Shown here one piece after another: positions 12,671-24,423 of a stretch of 57,375 bases of DNA. The stretch's first letter is position 1; each line of letters begins with the position of its first letter. Origin of the DNA: Nemertoderma westbladi. Taxonomy: Eukaryota; Animalia; Xenacoelomorpha. The stretch is from NCBI GenBank assembly GCA_032718475.1, contig JAUCBJ010007350.1:1-57375 (forward strand), given 5' to 3'. A model generated the notes under the pieces. The model was not told the DNA's origin. It searched no databases and saw nothing but the letters and a program-made list of their open reading frames with translations. Position numbers and translations under genes: made by a program.

Positions 12671-13271
12671 GCTAATATTATATATTTTGATGCCAATTAC
12701 TCCACCATTTTGAAACAATTTGTTTGTTTAACTGTATTAACTGCAGTAACTTCTGCAGTACTCTACAGTACAAAAAATTGACTAGTTAAAGAGATACTAC
12801 TGTACTACCTACTGTACTGGCCTACCTCATACATGCTTTTCAATTTAGCACAGAGCACACTACTGCACAAGTGCACAGGGCAAAAAACAGAATCAAAATT
12901 CGCAGCGAAATGAGATGAGGAGAGTAATTACGTAATTATAGAAATTACGAAAAACCGGAAAAACTATAAAGGCTAGGATTTCCCTACCACCCTTAACACG
13001 ATGCACAAAACTAATAAAGTTATTCTGCACATATATTAATTCATTTTAATTGTGGATTCAATTCAATGGGAAACGGCCCGGTCTAAAAAATTCCCAAAGC
13101 CGTTCGCTATCCGATAGCTATCGCTATCACTGAATGAATGATTCGTTTAATTTCCTGTACATAATGGAGGAATGTAAATAGGAAAATTACCGTTAATCAC
13201 AAACACAGATTACATAAAACTTTATAACTACAGAAATAATACGTTAAAATTACTTTAAAAAGTATGATAAA

Positions 13272-13302
<31 letters not shown>

Positions 13303-13346
13303 TGTAGCTAAAATTGAAAAATTCCAGTAAAATTAAATAAAACTTT

Positions 13347-13481
13347 AAAACGTATATATAGATCAACTTGAAAGGGATACTGAACTTAGGAGAAACGAAA
13401 TTGCGACAACTATGGAGAATCGGGAAGCCTGGAAGGATCTCATTTCCACTGTCCGAGTTCGCTCGACCTAGTAGTAGTAGT
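13347..13481 (+). mobile_element. Extreme 3' fragment of an RTE-type LINE (second family)
   Basis: One frame reads YIDQLERDTELRRNEIATTMENREAWKDLISTVRVRST*, resembling the C-terminus of the 15127-16644 LINE, followed by a (TAG)n tail. Confidence 0.65.
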
Positions 13482-14605
13482 TGTCTGACAAACAGACAAC
13501 CCTCAAATCAGTCTTACAAACAAACGAGAAAACACACTGGACAGAAAAGTGTGGAGTAAGCTTGTTTTACAAAGAGTCATTCGAGATGCAGTCCACAGAT
13601 TTTCAAAAATTTCAGTAAATACTGATGTCTACACAAGCAAATGCACAGACAAACAGACCGACGGACAGACAAACAGACTTTCAGACAACTAGACGAAGAG
13701 TAAACAGATCGACATACTTCAGAACAACTATTATAGAACTAGATGAAAGAAATGAAAATATACTGTATGTGCTTGGAAATTTTGTCATTGTGTGTAAAAA
13801 TACAAATAGTTGCACTTTTTTTGTTTCAGAAATCGGACAAATTTTGTCGGACAACAACAGATGTACAAACAGACTTATAGTACAGACTTTAGTGTGAATG
13901 TTATATATCAAACCAATAATTATATGGTGCACACTTTTTCATTATTATCATGTTATTTTTTCGCGAATTTACATGATTATTTCATGCACGAGTTAACTCG
14001 GGATGAGTTCTTGATAGCTTATAGAAGGCTGGATATTTCACTAAATAATGCATATATTTTACTGGAAATATATTTTTTTTTCATCCGCTAGTTATAGGCT
14101 ATCGAAAATGACAATAAAAAACGCAATAATTTTTATTGTCCATTTTTATCCTTTTTTTGTCAATTTTTTTTGATTTTTTATGTCATCCAAAAGTCTAATG
14201 TTAGGTTCCAGGTTCCATGCTACCGGTTTCTCTACTGCTGTTCTCTCAGGCTATCAGTACCGGTTAGTATATATATAGCACTATTTTGCTGTATTGTATG
14301 TACAGATGTAGGTATAAAGCAGGTATTTCTGTATTTTAGTACCGGTACCGGCACTGGTACTGCTATAGGCCTACTGTGTAGCCTACCATTTAAATACGGT
14401 AATGGTACTGTAGGCCTACCGGTTGTGCTAATAAATTTTAAATAATTGATAGGCGAAACTGGATTGCAGGATTGTGGAAAATGTGGATATACCTTTCACA
14501 TAATTTAGGCCTTACTGTATTAGTTTTATAATCAATAATGGATCATGACTACTGTCTGAGTAGTGTTACGGATAGCGGCTCCACTACTTCCAACAGCACA
14601 GAAGG

Positions 14606-15126
14606 CCCGCCTCTGTAACCTGCCCCTTTCCCTCAATTAGTTAAATGATCGTTTATTGTTTTGGTTAGAAAATCCCGTCTCTGTAACCTGCTCCTTTCCC
14701 TCAATTAGTTAAATGATCGTTTATTGTTTTGGTTAGAAAATCCCGTCTCTGTAACCTGCTCCTTTCCCTGATTTGGTAAAGTGACTGTTTATTGTTTTGG
14801 TTAGAAAATCCCGCCTCTGTAACCTGTTCCTTTCCCTCAATTAGTTTAAGTGATCGTTTATTGTTTTGGTTAGGAAATCCCGCCTCTGTAACCTGCTCCT
14901 TTCCCTCAATTGGTAATGTTATCGTTTATTGTTTTGGTTAGAAAATCCCGCCTCTGTAACCTGCTCCTTTCTCTCAATTGGTAATGTTATCGTTTATTGT
15001 TTTGGTTAGAAAATCCCGTCTCTGTAACCTGCTCCTTTCCCTCAATTAGTTAAATGATCGTTTATTGTTTTGGTTAGAAAATCCCGTCTCTGTAACCTGC
15101 TCCTTTCCCTGATTTGGTAAAGTGAC
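14606..15126 (+). repeat. 68-bp tandem repeat, ~7.5 copies, resuming at 16645-16725 after a LINE insertion
   Basis: CTCTGTAACCTGCTCCTTTCCC...TTATTGTTTTGGTTAGAAAATCCCG recurs every ~67-68 bp; isolated copies at ~49848-49914 (minus) and ~51770-51818. Confidence 0.93.
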
Positions 15127-16597
15127 CCCTGAGGTCTTTAAAATACCTGAGTGTTTAAAGCTCATCTATCCCATCATAGTAGACATGTACCGAACAACAA
15201 GAGTCCCACAAGAAATGAAAACAAATAAGTTGGTGCCAGTTCCCAAGAAGGGCAACCTAACACTCTATGGTTCTTTTCGGGGAATCTCATTGATCTCGAT
15301 TGCTGCAAAGCTATACAATAGGATTCTATTAAATCGCATCAGGGATCCCATTGAGAGACTGCTCCGTGGAAATCAGAATGGGTTCCGTAAAGGTCGTGGG
15401 ACCATGGAGCCCATTTTGGCACTTAGAAGGATAATTGAAGAATTATCAAAAAAGAAAGACAGGCATCTGGCTGTTATCTTTGTTGACTTCTTCAAGGCCT
15501 TTGATTCAGTCTCTCGCTCACGTATGTTCAGCATACTTTCATTATATGGGATTCCTGATGAAATTATTGCAGCAATCAGATCAGTATACGATGGTTCGAC
15601 AACATTTGTGTCTACTGTTGACGGTGACACAGAACCATTTGAAGTGTTATGGGGCGTCCTCCAAGGAGACACACTTGCACCATTCTTGTTCATTATTGTG
15701 GTTGACTATGTTCTACGCATGTCCTTAGATCATCATAATGATGATGGGGTGATGATAACTCCACCTACTGGCTCCAGAAGTCGAGGAAATCCTGCCAAGT
15801 ACCTAACTGATCTAGACTTTGCTGATGACTTAGGAGTACTCTCAGAATCATTAGAGGGAGCCCAACGGCTCCTCAGCTCATTAGAACATGCTGCTTCTAG
15901 TGTTGGTCTTTTTATTAACTCCAGAAAGACCAAAATTCTGACCGTTAACTTTGAAAGTCCTCAGCAAGTCTCTGATCGGATGAGCATAAGCTCAAAGGAT
16001 GGTATGCTTGAGCATGTGGACGACTTCTGTTACCTGGGATCATGGATCCGGAAGTCAGGTGAGGACCTTCGAATACGTAAGGGAAAGGCATGGGCAGCCT
16101 TGAATAGGCTTTCCAGGATTTGGAAGTCACCGAGAATTAATCGGAAACTTAAGGTCCGATTATTTAGAGCAGCAGTAGTTCCAGTACTCCTCTATGGGAG
16201 TCCATGCTGGGCTCTAACTGCTGAGGACACCAAATCTCTGGATGGCACATTCACAAGAATGCTACGCCGGGTTCATTGTGTCAAGTACAATGCACACATC
16301 TCCAACCAGACACTATATAACATTGGAGGTGTCTCATTGGTTCCCCCAAGCTTGACACTAGAACAAAACCGCCTCCGCTTTGCAGGACATTGCTTTCGCC
16401 GTGAGGACCAGCCAGTGCATAATCTTGTACTTTGGCAGCCTCATGGAGTGAATAAGCATGGTGGACAGCCCATGACTTTCTTGAGACGCATCTTAAAGGA
16501 CACTGGCCTTAAAGATGCGGATGATCTAGCAAATGTCATGGGTGATAGGGAGTTGTGGCGGTGCAATTTTGTTGACAAGCCGGCACAGCATTCTTAA
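15122..16597 (+). CDS. LINE ORF2 reverse transcriptase (N-terminally truncated, no endonuclease)
   Basis: Motifs PVPKKG, FRGISL, QNGFRKGR, FVDFFKAFDSV, GVLQGDTLAPFLF, DFADD, YLGSWI, RLRFAGHC. The GTG start lies in the TSD and is not a true start. Confidence 0.93.
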   Translation: MTPEVFKIPECLKLIYPIIVDMYRTTRVPQEMKTNKLVPVPKKGNLTLYGSFRGISLISIAAKLYNRILLNRIRDPIERLLRGNQNGFRKGRGTMEPILALRRIIEELSKKKDRHLAVIFVDFFKAFDSVSRSRMFSILSLYGIPDEIIAAIRSVYDGSTTFVSTVDGDTEPFEVLWGVLQGDTLAPFLFIIVVDYVLRMSLDHHNDDGVMITPPTGSRSRGNPAKYLTDLDFADDLGVLSESLEGAQRLLSSLEHAASSVGLFINSRKTKILTVNFESPQQVSDRMSISSKDGMLEHVDDFCYLGSWIRKSGEDLRIRKGKAWAALNRLSRIWKSPRINRKLKVRLFRAAVVPVLLYGSPCWALTAEDTKSLDGTFTRMLRRVHCVKYNAHISNQTLYNIGGVSLVPPSLTLEQNRLRFAGHCFRREDQPVHNLVLWQPHGVNKHGGQPMTFLRRILKDTGLKDADDLANVMGDRELWRCNFVDKPAQHS

Positions 16598-16644
16598 AAA
16601 TGCAGCTGCAATGCTGCATGCCGATCCTAGTAGTAGTAGTAGTA
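15127..16644 (+). mobile_element. 5'-truncated non-LTR retrotransposon, RTE group
   Basis: 11-bp TSD GGTAAAGTGAC (15116-15126 and 16645-16655); (TAG)n tail; uninterrupted RT frame. Confidence 0.95.
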
Positions 16645-18288
16645 GGTAAAGTGACTGTTTATTGTTTTGGTTAGAAAACTCGGCCTTAACCTGCTCCTTT
16701 CCATCAATTGGTAATTGTTTTTGGCTATAAAATGAGTGTTTTGCTACGTCATGTGGTAATCGATTATCGACAACAACCACAAACTATTAAATATAGACTC
16801 TTTTTACCACAGGCGCATATGGAAATCTATCTCATAGTCTATAAATCATGGAATCATGGAATGTTTTGGCACAGGCATAGTGAAATCAACTGTCTGACAG
16901 TCCAGAAATCAGCAGTCTGACAGTTTGAAGAAATACATACATAAAAATTGACAATAAAAGTCATTAAATGGACAACAAAAGTCATTATGCATAATTCGTA
17001 AAAAAAAAGCGACAAAAAAAGTCAAATAAATTGACATAAAAAATCACTGCCATAAAAAAATAGGTCATTTTTTGACAGGTTGCCCCTAAAAAAGTGGTTC
17101 GTTAAGTGGATAAGTGACACTTTTATCGATATATCTCGCGCAAGATGTACTGTTCATATATTTTTCATACCATACTGATTTTAATTCATAACAAAAATAT
17201 CTCGTACTGTATCTATAACAATAGTATGGTTGCTAACGGTCTATACCAACTTAAATTATTTGTCCCGTCACTAATAAATCAATATCAATATCAACCTGAG
17301 CTTGGTAAAGCTAAGACAATGTAAATAACTTCAGAAATGTAATATATCGCAATTTATGTTGCAAGTGGCCCCGTTTTACGGTATGTTTAAATTAACCTAG
17401 TGTTTTTATACTTTAATGTTCATTAAATTCAGATTAAAAGATTGTGTCAAGGAAAAACATTATGCCTATTATTATATATTACATGTACTGGGGTCACCTT
17501 GCGACCTTGTTTACTGCCAATTATCAGTAAATAATTTGTGTGGGGCGAACCACGAAGTCTAGGTGAGCCTTAGAGTAGCGGTATAATTAATGGGCAGTCT
17601 GTCATCGTTGTCGCCATTGCTGGGAATGTTTGACGCTAAAAAGGGTGCGAGGATGCGCAGCGCCCAGGGGCAAATCGAACTAAAATCGCCCCAACCCCTC
17701 ACCCTCACCCCCATCCCGTTTCAACTGTGCAGTATTTAATTACAGTTATTTTGTTTGACATAATTAAATAATTAAAATTATTTTGATTAAAATTAACAGC
17801 TTATAAAGAGTAGGCCTACTTTCTGGAATGATTTCACGACATGGGCTCCCATTGATTACCATTAAGGGCCCTACATCAGGTTCTTATATTACGGCGCTGT
17901 TTATTATGTACAATATTTTTATAGGGGAGATAATACCCCCACCTAGGCACTACTTGTAGGGTACAGTAGGTAATGTTTCAATATCTAAATATTGGTGGAA
18001 AAAGTGGAGGCACCGTGCCCCCCTAGGACCCCGGTTCCTAAGTCTCAGCCAAATGTGGAATACAGAATGGGGATAATATCCCATTCATCTGTACTTTGTG
18101 TGCACGGTATTTCAAGAATAAGAGTTAACTTACTGTCTGACTATAAGTTTGACTACGTTTATACCACAAGATTATAACAAAATGGATGAATTTCAATAAA
18201 ATTTAAAGTTTGAGTGCAAAAACTATTATTTTTTCATTAAATTTGTGCGCTCACCCCCCTTTACTCTGCGCCAAGGGGCAGTGTCGTC

Positions 18289-19481
18289 TGTAAAAGCTTT
18301 TGTGGGATAACTGATACGTTTGCCTTTGCTGGCCAGTTCCCCCCCGGTCGCTAGAATACTCTCAAAGGGATTTATAACTAAAATAGTGCAAGCTACCAGC
18401 TTATTGGCTGATGTGCTGTGTGGAGATATCTGGGCTCAGTTTAATCGGCCAAACCAGCGTAGGGAGGTTGCCTAAGCCTTGCTGTCCGTGTCGGCCAATA
18501 GAATTTGCGTAGGCGTTGATTTCGACCTATCCCAGCGCTACTGAACTGAATTTCCTATCTCTATGCTCATCCTCTGTGTTGAACGGGGCTTCGTGGAATA
18601 AGAGTTTTGGTATACTCGTATAGTGGTAGTAGTCATATGATTTTATATGATTCTGTTGTTATGTTCCCATTTTTTGCCATAACACCGGCTTTTTGGGAAG
18701 AACTCTAGTAAAACTGCTTAAATTATCGAAAGTATAAACTGTTACCTCACTACCGATCAATCTAATCAATCAACCTACCTATTAATCATATTGTTTGTAC
18801 TGTTATTTACCGTCAGTTATTAATTGTACCTATTTGTTGATGGAAATATTGCTCTTTGGATAATACGGATAAATCACCCAAATTTCCCAATTTTCTTGAT
18901 ACACTACAGGTTAGAGAGACCGGCTATACATAACAATTGCGATTTATATTAATGTGGTGTGTATTGAATCTAATGTTATTTAGCAGACCCTACATGAGTC
19001 AATTACTGCTCTCTTTATGTGTGATCAAATATACTGACGGTCGGCAGAATAGTGTGCATGATTGTGATTGGTAACAAAGTATTTCCTAAAGAATACGCTT
19101 TATACTTTAATCATAAGCAGTATCGTTGCGTTTAGTATAAGTCCTAGTTCTGTTTAAATAAATAGAGCGCCACGTCCTAAAGGAACTGTTAATATTTCCC
19201 GAAAAGCCAATAATATCTGTCAGGAATTAATTATTAACGATCTATCGAATAATACAATAAGTTTACGCTGCAACCTTACACTGCAATAATAAAATTTAAG
19301 CATCCGAATTCAGCCTCCCGGGTGTAGATCCATCGGGTGAATGATCGCGCATGGGCTGACTTCGGCTAATGTTTTGTGTATTAGCATAAATTGTTGTCGT
19401 ATGCTAAAGGTGTTTTAATTAACTAAAAGACATATAAATTTTGGCAGGTTAAACTGCTAAAGGTCTTCAAAAGCGCGAACA
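18289..19481 (+). repeat. 5' LTR
   Basis: TGTAAAAGC...GCGCGAACA; I could spot only two substitutions versus the 3' LTR by eye. Confidence 0.97.
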
Positions 19482-19842
19482 GTAACAGTTTATAATCTTA
19501 TTGCAGTAGGCAATAGGGTTGCAAAATACCGTAGTGACTGGTAAAACTGAACCGGTACTTTTGTAGGTCAGTAGGCCTAACTGTCATCACCGGTACCGGT
19601 ACTGCTGTACAAGTACATTTAGTATTATTCGATTTTGATTATTGTATACTGGTAGGTCTTAGTACTTAATCAGGGACTGCAGCCCTGAATTTTTATTGAG
19701 ATTTTACCTATTTCTGTCGGTTTTATTTCCTAGTAGGCTAATATTGCAGTATTGAGCAGAAGGCGTGTGACCCTGCTCAGATTGTTCAGATAATTGTAGG
19801 CTGAGCTGCTGTCTGACTGTTGTTGAGTTTGGAGAGATTACG

Positions 19843-20291
19843 GCGTGTGTAGAGTTTGTCTGATAAAGTGCCGTTAGTAAGTTGGGGCAGCCATATGCGG
19901 TAAGGTCAATCCCCTCTTAAAGAATAAGTCGTACTACCGTGTTAGAACGCATACTAACTAACAGTTTCAGAGTCTGCATATACTGTAGTTTATTTAGGCT
20001 TGATCGTAGTCTGCCAGTGTTTTAGCCTGTGTTTGTTTGTGTGGTCTGTTCAGGTACCATAATAGTTATTACTCAAATATTTGTAGGCTGGATTGTTGTC
20101 TAGCTATTTTTAGGTCTGAAGGGATTGCTGCGTGTGTAGAGTTGGTCTGATAAAGTGCCGTTAGTAAGTTGGGGCAGCCATAAGCTGTAAGGTCAATCCC
20201 CTCTTAAAGAGTAAGTCGTACTACCGTGTTAGAACGCATACTAACTAACAGTTTCAGAATCTGCACATACTGTAGTTTGTTTAGGCTTGAT
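19843..20291 (+). repeat. Two ~160-bp direct repeats in the retrotransposon 5' leader
   Basis: 19843-~20003 versus 20129-~20291, 286 bp apart, with few substitutions. Confidence 0.9.
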
Positions 20292-21668
20292 AGTAGTTTG
20301 CCAGCGTTTGGTTTGTATTTGTTTGAGTATTCTGTACGGGTAGCGTAATATTTATTATTCAGAGTGTATGCGATTATTCGCAACATTCATGTCCCCAAGT
20401 TTATTCCTACAGTAATTGTGCTTGTTATACATACCGTTATAGTTAAACTAACCCCGGTACTACATCAGGGCTGCTCGGCGTAGGTAAAGACTGGAGATTT
20501 TGTGCTTCGGTCACTCCAGCAGATGCCGTGGTTCTTTTAACTGTTCAAGTATATTTAACTACTGATTATTTGTTATACCGGTACTTGTACCTAATTTAGG
20601 GTTTAGTGTACAGTGCTTTCCGAAGTAATTAGTGTAGGCAGTATATTTGTGTTGTAAAGTGGTTGATAGGCACATTCGTTAGCTCTATTAGCTTCTGGGT
20701 AGGAACAATCCGTGATACATAACGTAGTACCTATAGCGATACGGTTATAGGTCGTCAGGCGGTGGTATTTTCCTATCTGGACAGTACAATATATTTACTA
20801 CTTATTATTTCAAATACCGTAGTACCCTGTCCGTTATAATAACCAGAAATTCTAACCCTTTGTTAGGCTGGTTTGTAGTTTCCTGTAAAATTACCCTAAA
20901 AAATTTCGTACGTAATATTTTGTTGTGTTTAATTAGAGAATTAATCTCACCCGTATTGTAAGTAATTTGTAGTATTAAGTAACTTAGGTAAATTAGAATT
21001 ATCAGTTTTAGTGTCAAATAAATAGCACTTCACTGAGAGCGCACAGCTTCTGTGTAGTGACCCCCCAGAAATAATAACATTTATTTCAAATATTGACAAA
21101 AACCCATATAAACGGGTATATAAATATTATAAATCAAATCAAACGATTTATAAATAGTAGGCCTGTCATACAACAACTAGGTCTCACTACCAGTTGGACT
21201 ACTACTTACACAACGGTAATAAAGTAAGTTAAAGTAACTAAGTAACCCTAAAATATTCAGGAATTCAATTATTCTAAAAATAATTGACATACCGGTACTT
21301 ACTATAGGCTTATTATATTTATCTCTATAAATTTGAGCTGAAATCATACCGGTACTCTGTAATTAATTCTAGTTCATAATTATACTTATATACTATAAGT
21401 GTAAGCTGTATACCGGTATTCACTATAGGCCTACTATATATATGTATATATTTGTGCTAAATTATATACCGGTACTCTGTGACAAATCTAGTCTGTAATA
21501 ATACTTATATATATTATAAGCATACCGGTATTCTAATATATTGTATATATATCACGTTACACTGAGTAACGGTACCGGTAATAAATCGCTAGGCTTGCGG
21601 TCATACTGAATTACTAGACTTGCTTTAACTGAAAATATAGTAGTAGACATTCAACTGTATAACTAAAC

Positions 21669-23741
21669 ATGTCTGACACTCAGCAAAACCTGTCAGACAG
21701 TCTGATCGATACAACTATTTGTGATTCAGATAGGAGTGTGGAGCGAATAAGAAAGGAGTTCGGCTCACCTCCTACTGTAAAAAAGGTCATCCCTCCAGTA
21801 GTATCAGACCCTAGGCTAGTCCACCATAGGTCCATCATAGGCACTCGGGCACAGGTAAAACGGGACCAAGAGGCAGTTGTCCTATCGCAGCAACATCTTG
21901 GTCAAGAACCTACTTCCCAGCGATCCGATAGCTCCAGCAGTTCGGATACTGTAGAGTTGACTCCCGAACATGGAGTGCAGATGGCTGATACAGTCTACTC
22001 GGACCCCCTTCTTACTCTTCCTGCTGCAGTGCTAACTACTATATTCATTGCGGTGGAGGAACATCAAGCCGACTGGGCGAAGAATAAGCGAGCGACCCAA
22101 GATAATTACGCGGGATACGCCAGAGAAGAATTGATATCTATTGTTGAATCTCAATGGAACTTTCCCGGACTCGGACTTCCGTTGGATCTGTCCGAGGCTA
22201 CTTGGGAAGATATACACAGGATGGGAGTGGCTAAAGATACAATGGATCCAGCTGTTTGGAAGAGGTCGGCAGCAGGATATGTGCAGGGATTCTTCGGATC
22301 CTTGGATCGATTGGAAGAACAACTGTTTCGACAACCTCACGGACCTCAAGAGCAGGAAGAATTGCTATATCAAATACGCGAAAGAACCCTACGCATACGA
22401 CTAATCCTCTCAGCCTTTGAGGAAACTTCCAAAAGAAGACAAGACACGTCGCTGCAGGTTGCTGTCAAAACTTGGTTACATCGGGTAGATCTCAAAGTCC
22501 AGGAAACGGCCCAGTGGAAATCCCAGCTGGCTGAGAGATCAACCTATGAAGAACCAACTGATGTCACCCTTTCTCAAGCGAAAAGCGAAGAGGCCGCCGA
22601 GGAACCGCGAACTAGAGACGCTATCGACATTTATTTGTCCGACTATCAGCGATTCCTAGGAGACGAAGAGTTGAGGAGACGGCTGTCTGGACTTTCCCCT
22701 AATAGTGAAGGAACCAAGCTTGTGTTGGACTCAATCGATGCCGAAATGTTAGCTGCAAACCAAGCTGAATGTGATGAAAAACTCCGCCTCACTAGAGTCC
22801 GAGAAGAACAAATAAAGAAAAGAAGGATAGAGGAACAAAAGGCGGTGGCTATGGCAGATGCAGAAGCAGAAAGAAAGGCAGCAAAGGCGGCGGCTATGGC
22901 AGATGCAGAAGCAGAAAGAAAAGCAGCAAAGGCGGCGGCTGCGGCAGATGCAGAAGCAGAAAGAAAGGCAGCGGCGGCAGATGCAGAAGCAGAAAGAAAA
23001 GCAGCAAAGGCGGCGGCTGCGGCAGATGCAGAAGCAGAAAGAAAGGCAGCGGCGGCAGATGCAGAAGCAGAAAGAAAAGCAGCAAAGGCAGTGGCAGAAG
23101 CAGAAAGGAGAGCATCTGAGCAGACTACCCAACTGGAGTTGGAAAATCTGCAAGAGACACAAGACAGTATAAATAAACAGTTTACTGCTAATCAAATGCA
23201 GATGATGAGAAAATCTACTCCCAAGCGCCAGGGATACACATCCTCGGAGGAAGGCGATACTACCGATCCTGAAGGCGGAGGAAATAGATCTCATCTAAGT
23301 AGGCGTAGAAAAACATATTACCGTCGCAAATTGCCTGATTTGCCCCCAGCTGTTAAAAGACAGCTAACTAGCACAGACTTAGGTAGTGCAGAACCCATAG
23401 AACAATTTATCCAGGTCAAAAGACTCCCTACTATAGTCGATGAACCTGAAATAATTAGGCCTGTTGTTCCCAAAGTCACTTCTGTGCTAGAGACCCCTAC
23501 ACTTCCAGAGCTTAACTCTAAATTCCCTTTACATAGTACTACACTGCCTGTACCCGGTGGAACAGTCCATGCAAATACCCCTGTCCAGATAGCAGAGAGA
23601 GAAATCAATAATTTGTCTCCCGTCGTCCCGCGTCAGCCCGCTACTATGTTGGCGACTCCCGCTTCGGCGGTTGAGTGGGTGGAAGAGGGACGGCGGGGGA
23701 TGAATCTCCTGCTGGGACAGATGCAGGAGACTGTCCACTAG
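21669..23741 (+). CDS. BEL/Pao gag, N-terminal part (interrupted by MITE)
   Basis: 690-aa ORF whose stop TAG is the first three bases of the MITE TIR; joins in frame to ...TVH-QLKGTVREG after MITE removal; contains ADAEAERKAAKAAA repeats. Confidence 0.9.
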   Translation: MSDTQQNLSDSLIDTTICDSDRSVERIRKEFGSPPTVKKVIPPVVSDPRLVHHRSIIGTRAQVKRDQEAVVLSQQHLGQEPTSQRSDSSSSSDTVELTPEHGVQMADTVYSDPLLTLPAAVLTTIFIAVEEHQADWAKNKRATQDNYAGYAREELISIVESQWNFPGLGLPLDLSEATWEDIHRMGVAKDTMDPAVWKRSAAGYVQGFFGSLDRLEEQLFRQPHGPQEQEELLYQIRERTLRIRLILSAFEETSKRRQDTSLQVAVKTWLHRVDLKVQETAQWKSQLAERSTYEEPTDVTLSQAKSEEAAEEPRTRDAIDIYLSDYQRFLGDEELRRRLSGLSPNSEGTKLVLDSIDAEMLAANQAECDEKLRLTRVREEQIKKRRIEEQKAVAMADAEAERKAAKAAAMADAEAERKAAKAAAAADAEAERKAAAADAEAERKAAKAAAAADAEAERKAAAADAEAERKAAKAVAEAERRASEQTTQLELENLQETQDSINKQFTANQMQMMRKSTPKRQGYTSSEEGDTTDPEGGGNRSHLSRRRKTYYRRKLPDLPPAVKRQLTSTDLGSAEPIEQFIQVKRLPTIVDEPEIIRPVVPKVTSVLETPTLPELNSKFPLHSTTLPVPGGTVHANTPVQIAEREINNLSPVVPRQPATMLATPASAVEWVEEGRRGMNLLLGQMQETVH

Positions 23742-24415
23742 TGTTAGACCGGAGCTCCGGCTCCGGTCCGGATCCGGCCCGGAAAATGGTGCTCCGGTTC
23801 CGGTCCGGCTCCGGCTAAAATATGACCGGAGGACCGGAGCTCCAGTATAAAAACTGTAAAAGACAGACAGAGTCACACAATGTACAATGCACAATCAGTT
23901 GTCCACAGTCACAGTCAGACAGTCATCTAGTCCTGTAGTCTGTAGTCCATCATACTGTCATAGTACAGCTACACTGCCAGGCCAGACTGCCTACTGCAGT
24001 ACTGGCCTACCACTGTACCAGTACCAGGCAGCCAGGTGCCAGGCTGAGGCTACAAAGTAGTGTAGGCCCCTACTGCTGTACTGGTTTATGAGTAAAAACA
24101 AAGTCAGAAAGTGTAGAAGTTGGCTCACTAAATGTAGCTCAGTACCGGTAGCTGTGTAGTGCTGTAGTGGACAGGTGGACTAACTGCAAGTGCAACATGC
24201 CAGGTCTGCAGGTCATATTACAGTACAGTCTGACAGTGGTACCGGTACCTGTCTGCCTGTCCTGTCAGCCTGTAGGTCATACCAGGCTGCCAGGCCTCAA
24301 TATATATTTTTTAATTTTACTTACCCGGTCCGGCTCCGGTTCCGGCTCCGGTACTTTTGGAATTTACCCGGTCCGGTTCCGGCTCCGGCAAAAATCTGGC
24401 TCCGGTCTAACGCTA
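23739..24415. mobile_element. Non-autonomous hAT-type MITE (677 bp) inserted in gag
   Basis: 17-bp TIR TAGTGTTAGACCGGAGC / GCTCCGGTCTAACGCTA (1 mismatch); 8-bp TSD CTGTCCAC at 23731-23738 and 24416-24423; subterminal CCGG-rich repeats. Confidence 0.95.
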
Positions 24416-24423
24416 CTGTCCAC

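Noticed and set aside
14606-16597. Repeat array next to a reverse transcriptase as a retron/DGR/CRISPR-RT-like system
   Set aside because: The RT is a 5'-truncated LINE with a TSD, and the array resumes after it, so this is a simple insertion.
24190-24415. GTG start and N-terminus of the 674-aa ORF
   Set aside because: This part lies inside the MITE; true gag resumes at the TSD.
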